This document shows positions 18,620-28,439 of a stretch of DNA of 64,000 bases, piece by piece; position 1 is the first letter of the stretch, and the number at the start of each line of letters is the position of its first letter. Location of the stretch: contig JAFYNR010000010.1 in assembly GCA_017548045.1 (NCBI GenBank), positions 35,271-99,270 of the forward strand, in the 5' to 3' direction. Position numbers and translations under genes: made by a program. The stretch comes from Clostridia bacterium (GTDB lineage: Bacteria; Bacillota; Clostridia; Oscillospirales; Acutalibacteraceae). The notes below the pieces were generated by a model. That model searched no databases and was not told the origin of the DNA. It saw nothing but the letters and a program-made list of their open reading frames with translations.

Positions 18620-20866
18620 TTATGAACGGACAAAGCCTATCGCAAGAGGTGTATCGGGCAAATTGGATTTTTCAGCTTCAACGCTGACTATCCAGCCGCC
18701 CATTGCAGTATCCCCCGCTTCGGGGCCCGTTTTCTGTATATTCATATGCATAACGTGAATGTTATCGGGGTCGTCATCGCCATAAGTCTCATAGAAATTT
18801 ATGAATGAAAATTCCGAAGAAATACTGCCGTCAACTATATAGCCCAGATACAGAGTGTTTTTCTCAAAGAATCTTTCGTTGTAACGGTTTGCAATTTTCT
18901 CAAAGGGTACGTCGCCGTTAAAGCCGCTTTGAAAATTGAAGTGCTTTTCCGCACCCTTAATAAATTCATCAAAATCGGCTTTGGTATCTATTCTGACAAT
19001 ATGAAAGGTGCCGTTATTCCATCCGAAAGACTCTGTAAACTCAATAAACGTATATTTTTCAATACCGTTTTCTCTGAAATATTCTCTGCCGCTTTCGCTG
19101 TAACCTACGGCGGTAAAGGTGCAATTATCAACAGTAACGCCCTGCATAAAGTGTGCCCTTGTGGTGGCAGGTATTGTAAACTCGGCAAACTCCGCATTGT
19201 AATGCTCCTGCGCCATTCTGTCACATTCGTCAAAAGGCTCGTTGCCCTTGATTGCGATTTCGGCACAGTCCGCAGGGAATTTTTCACGGATTGACTCCGC
19301 ATAGCCTCTGCCCATATCGGGTTCCCAATATTCTTTGAGCTTGTAGTGAGAAGTATCCGTAACTTCAAAGGTCAGGGCAAGGGCACTGCCGCTGCCGCCT
19401 GTTTCAACCACCGTATTTGTTTCATACATATACTCACAGTAAGCCTGAACAAGATAAACCGTAACCTCTTTTATGTTGCCGTTCTTATCCTTCTTTGTGA
19501 TTTCGGTTGAAAGGATTTCGTGGGCTTCGCAGACATAATCGCCGCCGTCGATGTAATTACCCTTGTTGTGCTCAACAATCGCCTCGGAAATGCAGTCATC
19601 AAGAGAGCCTACGAAGGCACAAGAAATATTGATTTTTGTTTTGCCGTCCTGGGTAAGATAATTGAATTTATCCGCCATATCAAGGGTTATCACATCCGGA
19701 GCTTTTACAAATCTTTCATCGTAAATTTGTGTACCATCAAGAGCAAGCGTGATTTCGCCCGTTTGCAGATTTGAAAAGACAAGCGTAAATTCCGTGCCGT
19801 TTGAAAGCTCTGTATTCTGACCTGCTTTGAGGATAATGTATTTTTCTTCGGTAACAAATCCGTTTGTTTCGGCGGTTATTTTGATTCTCTGACCGTTATC
19901 ATAGAATTTTTCATTGGGTGTTTCGGGGCTTGTAAGGAAGCATACTGCGGCAACGATGCAGAGAACAACCGATATGACAACAACCCAAAAAGCAGGCTTT
20001 TTGTAATTCATAACGCTTTTGATTCTGCCCTTGACGCTTACTTCGCCGAAGGCAAGAGGGCTTGCGGTTATGCGTCTGTGACCTGCGGCACATTGAAGAA
20101 GCGCAGTTGCGTATGCCTTGCGTGACTCCCCATCCATTGAGTCAACAACCTTTTCATCGCAGGCTTTTTCAATATCCCTGCAAAACAGGATATAGGCAAG
20201 CCACACAAAGGGATTAAACCAGTATACCGCCAATAAAATAAAGCTGAGAGGCTTCGTTACGTGGTCAAAGCGGCGGATATGTGCATTTTCGTGAGCAATA
20301 ACGTGGTTGCGTGTTGCTTCGTCAATATTGAACGGAATATATACCTTGGGCTTGAAAACACCGAGAATGAAAGGTGATTTTACGATTTCGCACTGCATAA
20401 TGCTGCCTTCAAGCAAAACTGCGGTTGAAACGCTTCTTTTCACACGGATATAGCTGATAATTCCGTAAAGAAGAATTATCAAAGCACCTGCAAGCCATAT
20501 GTATGCATTTATATCCCACCTTGAAGTAATCGCAGGCTCGGGATTATCAAGAGGTACATGCACCCATCCTATCTCAACATTTGAAATGTACCCGTTCACC
20601 GCCGAATCAACGGCAGGCATTCCCGAATTCATACGCACCGCATAGCCCGAATAGGGATAAACGGTAAAGGTTTCTCTGCTTGGAATAAGGCTTAACGCAC
20701 TTTCGATGCTGAAAGGCAGGGCAAGCCTTAAACCCGTTATGCCCCAAAGAAGGCACAGATATTTTCGGGGCATATTTCTGAAAATCATTCTCACAAGCAC
20801 CGTTGCAAGAATAATATAAACTGCGGTAACGCTTATGTTAAGCAGGCTTCTGAATATTTCGCCCAT
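18620..20866 (-). CDS. BlaR1/MecR1-type M56 metallopeptidase sensor with non-PBP C-terminal domain
   Basis: LRLALP, SPFILG, HENAH zinc motif, WFNPFVW, EKACDE, RIKSVMNYKKP. Confidence 0.88.
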   Translation of the reverse strand: MGEIFRSLLNISVTAVYIILATVLVRMIFRNMPRKYLCLLWGITGLRLALPFSIESALSLIPSRETFTVYPYSGYAVRMNSGMPAVDSAVNGYISNVEIGWVHVPLDNPEPAITSRWDINAYIWLAGALIILLYGIISYIRVKRSVSTAVLLEGSIMQCEIVKSPFILGVFKPKVYIPFNIDEATRNHVIAHENAHIRRFDHVTKPLSFILLAVYWFNPFVWLAYILFCRDIEKACDEKVVDSMDGESRKAYATALLQCAAGHRRITASPLAFGEVSVKGRIKSVMNYKKPAFWVVVISVVLCIVAAVCFLTSPETPNEKFYDNGQRIKITAETNGFVTEEKYIILKAGQNTELSNGTEFTLVFSNLQTGEITLALDGTQIYDERFVKAPDVITLDMADKFNYLTQDGKTKINISCAFVGSLDDCISEAIVEHNKGNYIDGGDYVCEAHEILSTEITKKDKNGNIKEVTVYLVQAYCEYMYETNTVVETGGSGSALALTFEVTDTSHYKLKEYWEPDMGRGYAESIREKFPADCAEIAIKGNEPFDECDRMAQEHYNAEFAEFTIPATTRAHFMQGVTVDNCTFTAVGYSESGREYFRENGIEKYTFIEFTESFGWNNGTFHIVRIDTKADFDEFIKGAEKHFNFQSGFNGDVPFEKIANRYNERFFEKNTLYLGYIVDGSISSEFSFINFYETYGDDDPDNIHVMHMNIQKTGPEAGDTAMGGWIVSVEAEKSNLPDTPLAIGFVRS

Positions 20867-21225
20867 TACTCATCCCCCCGTTCTATAATGCGTCGGATTT
20901 CCGAAATTTCTTTATCCGAAAGTCTGCGGCTTCTTGCAAAAGCGGCAAGGAAGGCAGGTATGGAGCCTTCAAATTTCTTTTCCATCAGCTCGTCAATTTC
21001 AGACACCTGAGCCTCATCCTTTGAAACGAGCGACGTTACAACGGTATTTTCGTTTTTCAGCACTCCCCTGTCGGAAAGCCGCTTTATGACCGTATAGGTG
21101 GTAGTCTTTGACCAGCCCAGCTTTTCTTTGCATAATTCCGAAAGCTCACGGCTGCTGACAGGCTCGTTCTCCCACAAAATAAGGCAGAAACGGTATTCGC
21201 TTTCAAAAATTTTTGGCGTCTGCAT
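20866..21225 (-). CDS. BlaI/MecI/CopY family repressor
   Basis: ESEY..C.ILW, WSKTTTYTVIKRL, FEGS, LS.KEI.EIR; coupled to the M56 gene. Confidence 0.9.
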   Translation of the reverse strand: MQTPKIFESEYRFCLILWENEPVSSRELSELCKEKLGWSKTTTYTVIKRLSDRGVLKNENTVVTSLVSKDEAQVSEIDELMEKKFEGSIPAFLAAFARSRRLSDKEISEIRRIIERGDE

Positions 21226-21250
21226 ATTAAAAATTCCCCCTTTCGTTTTA

Positions 21251-21302
21251 TTCTAATGCATTAGAACAATTTCATTCTAACCCATTAGAATAGATTTGTC
21301 AA
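21251..21302 (-). promoter_or_regulatory. Promoter (TTGACA-N17-TAGAAT) overlapped by two BlaI-type palindromic operators
   Basis: TTCTAATGCATTAGAA (21251-21266, perfect palindrome) and TTCTAACCCATTAGAA (21275-21290); -35 at 21297-21302, -10 at 21274-21279. Confidence 0.75.
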
Positions 21303-21320
21303 GAGGTTTTTTCAATGAAT

Positions 21321-21347
21321 AAGCGGAAGGCATTACACCTTCCGCTT
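21321..21347 (-). terminator. Hairpin after the esterase gene
   Basis: AAGCGGAAGG-N7-CCTTCCGCTT. Confidence 0.6.
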
Positions 21348-21352
21348 CGGTT

Positions 21353-22081
21353 TTATTCATATCGTTTTTCAAGCCACTTTGCACAAAGGTCAAACCAGCC
21401 TCGGATATGCGCGCAGTAATCTGCCTCCGCTTTCTGATAAACCACGTTATCCGCAAGCGAAAAGCCGTGATAGCCCTTTTCGTAAATGTGCATTTCAAAG
21501 GGAATGTTAAGCTTATCAAGTGCCGATGCATAGGCAAGGGAGTTTTCAATGGGCACAAGGTTATCCGCACAGGCGGAAACAATGAATGCAGGGGGAGTTT
21601 TTTCATCAACCTTGTCGTCAAGCCCCGGTGTGGGGAAGCAGAGAATTTTGCTCATTGATTCAAGGATACAGGGATAAACAAGAATACTTGCGGCAGGACG
21701 GATATCGCCCATCACCGAAAGTGCGGCGCAGAGATGACCGCCTGCGGAAAAGCCGATTGCGGCAATCTTATCCTTATTGATACTCCATTCCTCTGCGTTA
21801 TCGCAAATAACCTTCATTGCCTCATTCACGTCTGCCATAGGCATTGAGAAGTCGTATTCCTTGCCCACTGTATATCTGAGCACAAACGCCGCATAGCCCT
21901 TTGAAAGAAATGCAAGAGCAATGGGCTCAGCTTCTCTGTCAGAGCACATTGAATAGCCGCCTCCGGGAATAACAAGCACACTTCTGCGGATATCCATATG
22001 ACCCATTTCACGGGAGTTATCGGGCAGATAAACAGTAAGCTTCGCAAGGTCATTTGTAAGCTTTACGTCAAACACTTTCAT
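21353..22081 (-). CDS. Alpha/beta hydrolase (esterase)
   Basis: PGGGY oxyanion motif, GFSAGG nucleophile elbow, D and HGF catalytic residues. Confidence 0.88.
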   Translation of the reverse strand: MKVFDVKLTNDLAKLTVYLPDNSREMGHMDIRRSVLVIPGGGYSMCSDREAEPIALAFLSKGYAAFVLRYTVGKEYDFSMPMADVNEAMKVICDNAEEWSINKDKIAAIGFSAGGHLCAALSVMGDIRPAASILVYPCILESMSKILCFPTPGLDDKVDEKTPPAFIVSACADNLVPIENSLAYASALDKLNIPFEMHIYEKGYHGFSLADNVVYQKAEADYCAHIRGWFDLCAKWLEKRYE

Positions 22082-22094
22082 TATTAAGCACCTC

Positions 22095-22763
22095 TTATTT
22101 CGGCTTATTCATAGGGCAGACCGACATACATATTCCGCATACGGCGCCCCTGCCGATTTTCTGAAATTTTGTTTTCATATAATTACTGCAGGCGGCAGGG
22201 TCAAAAATCGCTTCTCTGGGCGTGCCGGGAGTCCAATCACCGCCCTTGATTGCCTTTGCAGGGCAGGCTTTGACACAGATATCACAGCCCGTGCATACAC
22301 TTTCCGCAAGGATGTTATCACACTCAAAGGGACAATCGGTAAAAATCGTACCAAGCCTTACATAGCTTCCGTATTCCTTGTGGAGAAACAGAGAATTTCT
22401 TCCGATTGAGCCAAGACCTGCAAGGCAGGCACCCTTTTTGTGAGAATACCTTGCCACATAGTTCCAGCCGTCCTTGTTTATGCTCTGGGATGCGGCAACG
22501 GTTATGTATTTATACCCTTTACGCTGTAAAAACATTCCTGCCTGAAGAAGCATTGAATCTATGAACGCATTCACATTGCGGTAATGGTTGAAATAGGTAT
22601 GGGTAGGCTCATCTTCAATTTCATCAATGATGCTTTCAGAAAGACGGGCAACAATGCTTATGCCGTAGGGAAGGGCTTCTTCGCCCTCATCAACCCTGAA
22701 AAAGCCCACGTCCGCAACGCCTTTTTCAAGAAGAAAATCCTTTATCTCCTGCTGAATGCTCAT
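22095..22763 (-). CDS. Epoxyqueuosine reductase (QueG)-like 4Fe-4S protein, short form
   Basis: SHK..A.LAGLG.IG.N.L, CTGCDICVKACP, CGICMSVCP. Confidence 0.75.
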   Translation of the reverse strand: MSIQQEIKDFLLEKGVADVGFFRVDEGEEALPYGISIVARLSESIIDEIEDEPTHTYFNHYRNVNAFIDSMLLQAGMFLQRKGYKYITVAASQSINKDGWNYVARYSHKKGACLAGLGSIGRNSLFLHKEYGSYVRLGTIFTDCPFECDNILAESVCTGCDICVKACPAKAIKGGDWTPGTPREAIFDPAACSNYMKTKFQKIGRGAVCGICMSVCPMNKPK

Positions 22764-23686
22764 TTTGCCACCTTCGTTTCAAAGCAAAGCCAGCCGCCGC
22801 TTTCGTGTCGTGCAATAACTTCAAGACCGTTTGCCTCAAATGCGGCAAGAACATCCTGCTCTCTGGGGACGATGATACCCGAAGTGATGAACACTGCATC
22901 GGGATTCATATAATCCTTTACATTGGTGCAAAGGTTTATGATGATATCAGCAACGATGTTGGCGGCAATAATATCAAACTTACCCGTTACCTTGTCGGTT
23001 GTTGAGCCTTGAAGAACGGTGAATTCAGGCTCATCAAAGCCGTTGGTTTTACCGTTTTCCCTTGCGGTTTTAACGGCAAGGGCATCAATATCAACACCTA
23101 CCGCACTGTCTGCACCCAGAAGAAGGCAGGCAACCGAAAGAATACCGCTGCCGCACCCTACATCAAGAACGGTTTTGCCTTTTTCCGCATACTTTTCAAG
23201 GGTTTCAAGGCAAAGTCTGGTTGTATCGTGAGTTCCCGAACCGAAAGCAAGACCGGGTTCAAGATGAATAACTGCTCTGTCACCTGCTTCAAATTCATCC
23301 TCCCAGATGGGTCTGATAAGCAGTTTTTCGCCTACGGGCATAGGCTTGAAATACTTTTTCCAGTTGTTTTCCCAATCCGCATTCTTGCATACGGCTTCGT
23401 CAATTTCGCTTTCGATACCCTCTGCGGCAAGCCTTTCGGTAAGGAACGAAACCGCCTCCGCAGGATTTTCCTCGGGAGAAATATAAATATGAACAATACC
23501 CTTTGACCTGTCCTTTGCAAGCAGATCCTCGTCAATAAGGTCAATGCGTGCTATCTCCCAGGCTTCTTCTTCAAGAGTGCGGTAATCTTCAATGTAAATT
23601 CCGTAGGGTACCGCCATATGAGCGATATCCCCCGCTTTGTCAACGTCGTCTGCGTTGACGGTAATTTTAATTTCTGTCCAGTCCAT
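22760..23686 (-). CDS. prmA: Ribosomal protein L11 methyltransferase
   Basis: DWENNWKKYFKP, PGLAFGSGTHDTT, VLDVGCGSGIL, ANIVAD. Confidence 0.95.
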   Translation of the reverse strand: MDWTEIKITVNADDVDKAGDIAHMAVPYGIYIEDYRTLEEEAWEIARIDLIDEDLLAKDRSKGIVHIYISPEENPAEAVSFLTERLAAEGIESEIDEAVCKNADWENNWKKYFKPMPVGEKLLIRPIWEDEFEAGDRAVIHLEPGLAFGSGTHDTTRLCLETLEKYAEKGKTVLDVGCGSGILSVACLLLGADSAVGVDIDALAVKTARENGKTNGFDEPEFTVLQGSTTDKVTGKFDIIAANIVADIIINLCTNVKDYMNPDAVFITSGIIVPREQDVLAAFEANGLEVIARHESGGWLCFETKVAK

Positions 23687-23698
23687 TTTTATCTCCGA

Positions 23699-24727
23699 TT
23701 AATATTTATTGTGAACATCCTCAGCAAAGCAGAGGCAGTCTTTGACTTCGATAACCGTGCCGTCATCAAGAATTGCCTTGCCGTTCATTCTGCCGAATAC
23801 CTGATGCTGGTCGGTAATGATTACTTTGATATCGATTTTTGCGGCTCTGTCAAGAATGGGTGTGAATTCCATTTCAAATCTGCCGTCGCTTGAAGTGAAG
23901 GTCCAGGGGTCCATATATCCCGTTTTGGGAATGTTGAATGTCACATCGTCAAGCTTGTGGCATTTGCCGTCGTAGAAAAGCATATTCTCGCTGGCGGCTG
24001 AAGTATCGCCGAAGCCGTAGCCGATATTGAAGCCGAATGCGTGACCGTCAACGTCCATATTGCCTGAGCCCCAGTACCAGGTGTTGTCGTATGTCCATAC
24101 GCCTCTGCCCCAGTCGAGAGTGCCGAAATCCGTTGCAGGGTCAAAAACGTAATCCTTACCGTCAAAGGTTGCCTTGCCGCTTGCTCTCATACAGTTGATT
24201 TTCTGATTGTAGTAGAAAGCGGTTTTCTTTTCCTTCCAGGGGGTTGCGATAACCATTGTATCCATTTCGGGCTGTGCAAGGGTTATATCGCAGGAGAAGG
24301 GCTTGCCGTCGCAGAAATTCTTGAAATTGCACACTATTCTGCGCTTGCCTTCAGACACCTGAAACTCCATATCAAGGCGCTTGTCGTGATATACGGTGTT
24401 ACCCTCGGCGCTTGTTGAAGGAAGCTTGAATTTACCCATAGGCAGAGCATTGAGGATTGTTTCCGTATGCTCCCAGGGCTTTGAAAAATCAAGAAGGCTT
24501 ACGGATTGCAGACCGATATAACCGTCATCGGAAATTGTGAATGCAACGCCGAAATTATTCTTTTCGGAAATAACAAGGTAATAATCCCATTCCTTGATTC
24601 TGAATTTAGGTGCCTTGATAGCGTTTCTGTCATAAACCTGAACAAGCTGCTTTGACCAGCCGGGCTCTCTGAGGCTGCCGTCTTCTTTGAGCAAAGGCTG
24701 AACCTTGGTTATTTCGTGATTTCTCAT
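23699..24727 (-). CDS. DUF2804 family protein
   Basis: RIKEWDYY, LDWGRGVW, DQHQVFG motifs. Confidence 0.75.
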   Translation of the reverse strand: MRNHEITKVQPLLKEDGSLREPGWSKQLVQVYDRNAIKAPKFRIKEWDYYLVISEKNNFGVAFTISDDGYIGLQSVSLLDFSKPWEHTETILNALPMGKFKLPSTSAEGNTVYHDKRLDMEFQVSEGKRRIVCNFKNFCDGKPFSCDITLAQPEMDTMVIATPWKEKKTAFYYNQKINCMRASGKATFDGKDYVFDPATDFGTLDWGRGVWTYDNTWYWGSGNMDVDGHAFGFNIGYGFGDTSAASENMLFYDGKCHKLDDVTFNIPKTGYMDPWTFTSSDGRFEMEFTPILDRAAKIDIKVIITDQHQVFGRMNGKAILDDGTVIEVKDCLCFAEDVHNKY

Positions 24728-25710
24728 TATTTTTCCTCCTCATTCATAAGCTCAACGCCGCCGTCATAAGCCTTGCCGTGATTGTAAAGGTTGCGGTTTT
24801 CAAGCGCCCACTGACGGGGTGTGAAGGCTCCCTCATCAACAGCTTCAACGGCTGCGTGCATTTCATAAAGTCTTGCATCCATAAGGTCAAGCTGTGAAAG
24901 CAGCTCAGCCTCAATGAACATAGGCATTTTTGCGGCACCGAATTCGGGTGTGCCGTGGTGAGAAATAAGCATATGCTCAATAAGAGTAAGGGTTTCGTCG
25001 CTTATGCCAATCTCTCTGCCGATTCTGTCAATATTGATTGCACCCATAACAAGGTGACCCAGAAGATTACCCTTGACGGTATATTCTGCGGCGATACCCG
25101 TTGCGGATGCCTGCATTTCATCAATTTTTGCAATATCGTGAAGAATTGCACCTGCACAGAGCAGATCGTAATTCACAAATCGGTAAATCGAGCACACTCC
25201 CCTTGCAAGGCGGAGAATGGAAAGAGTATGCATAAGCAGACCGCTTCTGACTGCGTGGTGAAGATTCTTTGCCGCAGGCCAGTAGAGAAGCTTTTCTCTG
25301 TATTTTTCAATCACTGCACCCACAAGGCTTTTAAGCTCCGCATCTTTGAACGAAGCAACAATCTTTTCGATTTCCGCCAGCATAACCTGACCCGTAAGGC
25401 AGGCAGAGGGTACGTAATCCTCAATGGCAACGTTATCCTCGGGAATTACGCCGCGGATACGCTCAACTCTGAACTGCATCGTATCGTTAAACGGCACGTA
25501 AGTACCTCTTACCTTGACAAAATCAAGAGCGTTGAACTGATTTGACGGTAATTCCTTATAATCCCACAGCTTTGCATTGATTTCGCCGCTGTTATCGGCA
25601 AGAGTCATATCGAGATAAGGCACGCCTTTTGCGGTAAGCTTCTTTTCAACCGTTTTTATGAGGCAGTAGCCTTCGTGTGAATTCGTTGAACCGAGAGGTG
25701 TGAAATTCAT
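24727..25710 (-). CDS. yhaM: 3'-5' exoribonuclease YhaM (OB fold + HD domain)
   Basis: YLDMTLAD.SGEINAKLWD, PAAKNLHHA, ILHDIAK, HMLISHHG..EFGA. Confidence 0.88.
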   Translation of the reverse strand: MNFTPLGSTNSHEGYCLIKTVEKKLTAKGVPYLDMTLADNSGEINAKLWDYKELPSNQFNALDFVKVRGTYVPFNDTMQFRVERIRGVIPEDNVAIEDYVPSACLTGQVMLAEIEKIVASFKDAELKSLVGAVIEKYREKLLYWPAAKNLHHAVRSGLLMHTLSILRLARGVCSIYRFVNYDLLCAGAILHDIAKIDEMQASATGIAAEYTVKGNLLGHLVMGAINIDRIGREIGISDETLTLIEHMLISHHGTPEFGAAKMPMFIEAELLSQLDLMDARLYEMHAAVEAVDEGAFTPRQWALENRNLYNHGKAYDGGVELMNEEEK

Positions 25711-25793
25711 ATAAATCTCTCCATAAAGTTATATTCAGTTTATTGTAACATACATACTGCAAAAATACAAACCTTAAATTTAACGTTTTTTTA

Positions 25794-25821
25794 TTGACAA
25801 ATCCGTGCAAAGGGCTATAAT
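25794..25821 (+). promoter_or_regulatory. sigma-A promoter of the ribU leader
   Basis: TTGACA-N16-TATAAT. Confidence 0.7.
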
Positions 25822-25830
25822 GAACTTAAA

Positions 25831-25950
25831 TATGAATTCTCGGGGCGGGGTGAGATTCCCCACCGGTGGTAGAGTCCACGACCCATCAAAGAATGGCTGA
25901 TACGGTGAAATTCCGTAACCGACGGTAAAGTCCGGATGAAAGAGAATGCT
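25831..25950 (+). ncRNA. FMN riboswitch (RFN element)
   Basis: Conserved blocks TTCTCGGGGCGGGGTGAGATTCCCCACCGGTGGT, CGGTGAAATTCCG, ACCGACGGTAAAGTCCGGATGAAAGAGAA. Confidence 0.95.
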
Positions 25951-25967
25951 GATACTACGCATTTCAC

Positions 25968-25998
25968 GCCCTGCTTTTTTGCAGGGCTTTTGTTTTTT
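25968..25998 (+). terminator. Attenuator terminator of the FMN riboswitch
   Basis: GCCCTGC-T6-GCAGGGC followed by T-rich run, between the aptamer and the CDS. Confidence 0.8.
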
Positions 25999-26030
25999 AT
26001 CGGCACTCCGAGCAAAGGAGAAATGTACTT

Positions 26031-26585
26031 ATGAAAAAGCAAGAAAAAATCATCCGTCTCTGCGTTATGGCAATGCTTACCGCACTTTCAATAGTGCTTG
26101 TCTACACGGTGCGTATGCCGCTGATACCTGCCGCACCCTTCCTTGAATACGACGCCGCAGATATCCCCGTGCTTATAGGCTCTATGATGCTGGGCCCCGT
26201 TTCGGGCATTATCATACTGCTTGCGGTATGCATTATTCAGGCGCTTACCGTCAGCGCATCAAGCGGATGGATAGGCTTTGTTATGCACTTTATTGCATCA
26301 AGCGTGCTTGTGCTTGTTGCCTCGGGAATTTACAGCCGCAAAAAAACTCACCTTAGCCTTATAATCGGTCTTGTTCTCGGCTCACTTGCCATGACGGCGG
26401 TTATGATTCCCCTTAACCTTGTTTTTACGGGCATATTCCTCGGTGCAGGCACACAGACGGTTATCGGTATGCTCATACCTGCAATCATCCCCTTCAACCT
26501 GTTAAAAGCGGGCATAAACTCGGCAGTAACCTTTGCCGTGTTCACACCCGTAAAGGAAATCCTCAAAAGAACAATAAAAAGGTAA
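26031..26585 (+). CDS. ribU: Riboflavin ECF S-component
   Basis: PFLEYDAADIP and IIPFNLLK motifs; lies downstream of the FMN riboswitch. Confidence 0.88.
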   Translation: MKKQEKIIRLCVMAMLTALSIVLVYTVRMPLIPAAPFLEYDAADIPVLIGSMMLGPVSGIIILLAVCIIQALTVSASSGWIGFVMHFIASSVLVLVASGIYSRKKTHLSLIIGLVLGSLAMTAVMIPLNLVFTGIFLGAGTQTVIGMLIPAIIPFNLLKAGINSAVTFAVFTPVKEILKRTIKR

Positions 26586-26596
26586 AAAGCGCATCA

Positions 26597-26630
26597 AAAA
26601 AGCACCCTCGCAGGGTGCTTTTCTTTTTGT
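26597..26630. terminator. Bidirectional terminator
   Basis: AAAAGCACCCT-CGC-AGGGTGCTTTT. Confidence 0.8.
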
Positions 26631-26631
26631 T

Positions 26632-27546
26632 TTATTTTATAATTTCCTTTGCACTTGCGGCAAGACCTGCAAGGCTCTGCAATTCACTGGGAACAATAAG
26701 CTTTGTTGCCTGGCCGTCTGCGGCGGCCTCAAATGCTTCAAGCTTCTTGAGAGTAAGGTAGCCTTCGCCGGGTGCGGCTTCGTTGATAAGACCGATTGCC
26801 TGTGCTCTCGCCTCTTCAACTCTGCGGATAGCCTCCGCCTCACCTTCGGCCTCAATAATCTTTGCCTCTCTGATAGCCTCAGCGGCAAGAATTGCACTCT
26901 GCTTTTCAGCCTCAGCGGCAAGAATCTTGCTTTCCTTCTGACCTTCCGCAACAAGAATCTTACTTGCCTTTTCACCTTCAGCGGTAAGAATGGCTTCGCG
27001 GCGCTGACGCTCTGCCTTCATCTGCTTTTCCATAGCGTCCTGAATCTCTTTGGGAGGCAGAATATTTTTAAGCTCCACTCTGTTCACCTTGATACCCCAG
27101 GGGTCTGTTGCCTCGTCAAGGATACCTCTGATTTTGGCATTGATGATATCTCTTGAAGTGAGAGTATGGTCAAGCTCCATTTCACCGATGATGTTTCTGA
27201 GGGTTGTTGCCGTCAGATTTTCAATAGCCGAAAGAGGTCTTTCAACACCGTAAGCAAACAGCTTGGGGTCGGTAATCTGGAAAAACACGATAGTGTCAAT
27301 CTGCATCGTAACGTTATCTTTTGTGATAACGGGCTGAGGAGGGAAATCCACAACCTGCTCTTTAAGAGAAACCTGCTTTGCGATTCTCTCGATAAAAGGA
27401 ATTTTGATATGAAGACCTGTCTGCCAGGTTGCGTTGTATGTTCCCAATCTTTCAATTACGTATGCCTTTGACTGAGGAACGATTTTGATATTTGCAATAA
27501 CCAGCGCAATGATAATCACTGCAAGAACAACAAAAATAATCCACAT
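26632..27546 (-). CDS. SPFH/stomatin-like (QmcA) protein
   Basis: VITKDNV, TTLRNIIG, WGIKVNRVE, MEKQMKAER, Ala/Glu coiled coil. Confidence 0.92.
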   Translation of the reverse strand: MWIIFVVLAVIIIALVIANIKIVPQSKAYVIERLGTYNATWQTGLHIKIPFIERIAKQVSLKEQVVDFPPQPVITKDNVTMQIDTIVFFQITDPKLFAYGVERPLSAIENLTATTLRNIIGEMELDHTLTSRDIINAKIRGILDEATDPWGIKVNRVELKNILPPKEIQDAMEKQMKAERQRREAILTAEGEKASKILVAEGQKESKILAAEAEKQSAILAAEAIREAKIIEAEGEAEAIRRVEEARAQAIGLINEAAPGEGYLTLKKLEAFEAAADGQATKLIVPSELQSLAGLAASAKEIIK

Positions 27547-27559
27547 AAACTTTTCCTCC

Positions 27560-27997
27560 TTAATTTTTCTTCACAATAAGCTTGACGCCCTCGATTTTTT
27601 CAACGGTAACCGTTTCATCTTTACCGATAACCGAGCCGTCTGCAGAACGGGCAGTCCATACCGTACCGCCCACGCTTGCCTGACCCTTTGCGGCAATGTT
27701 ATCGATTTCTTCGGTAACAACCGCCGTCTGACCGATAACACGGTCTGCATTGGTAGGCTGAACTTTTGTTTGGGTAAGCTTTCTCACAAGAGGTCTTGTG
27801 GCAATAAGAGCGATTATCGACACAATAACGAACACCGTCCACTGGAGCCAGACCTGAGCGCCCAGAAGATATGCCGCCACGGCGGCAACCGCACCTGCAG
27901 CAAACCAGATGGTTACCATCTGTGCCGTTACGGCTTCAACCACAATGAGAGCTATGAGAAGCACAATCCAAAAAATCAGCATCGTATATTCCGGCAT
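27560..27997 (-). CDS. NfeD family protein
   Basis: TM N-terminus plus OB fold with WTARS and VEKIEGVKL; canonical partner of SPFH genes. Confidence 0.88.
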   Translation of the reverse strand: MPEYTMLIFWIVLLIALIVVEAVTAQMVTIWFAAGAVAAVAAYLLGAQVWLQWTVFVIVSIIALIATRPLVRKLTQTKVQPTNADRVIGQTAVVTEEIDNIAAKGQASVGGTVWTARSADGSVIGKDETVTVEKIEGVKLIVKKN

Positions 27998-28070
27998 TGT
28001 ATCACTCTCCTTTCCTTGATTACATTTTATCACTCCCCCGATAAATTTACAATATCTGTTTGTAAAATTT

Positions 28071-28439
28071 TTATAAAATGTTCTCTGCGGAAAGCCTTTC
28101 ACAGGTTTTCAAATTTTCAATAAGATTAATCCCTTCAACGCATTTCAGTCTCACCTCATCCGCATCCGAATGCTCCGCCGTCAGAGGCAGTGACAGGATA
28201 AGCCGTTCAAGCTCATCGATGCCATCGTGGATGAAAACGGCGTGCAGAAAGCCCGAATAATCCTTCCAGACGTGCACCAGATTTTCAGCCCTTTCGGAAA
28301 ATTCACTTTCCGGCGCTTCAAGAAGGCTTCTCATTTCGGCTTCAAAATAATCCATTCGGCCTTCAAATACGTACCCCGACCACAGGGCAACCCCTGTCGA
28401 AAGCACTATAAGTATCACCGCAGCCACAACACGCTTCAA
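28071..28439 (-). CDS. DUF4363 family protein
   Basis: N-terminal TM, H..IDELE, C-terminal ENIL; coupled to DUF421. Confidence 0.7.
   Translation of the reverse strand: MKRVVAAVILIVLSTGVALWSGYVFEGRMDYFEAEMRSLLEAPESEFSERAENLVHVWKDYSGFLHAVFIHDGIDELERLILSLPLTAEHSDADEVRLKCVEGINLIENLKTCERLSAENIL

Noticed and set aside
25831-26585. FMN riboswitch with ribU as a novel regulatory RNA
   Set aside because: Canonical, well-described arrangement.
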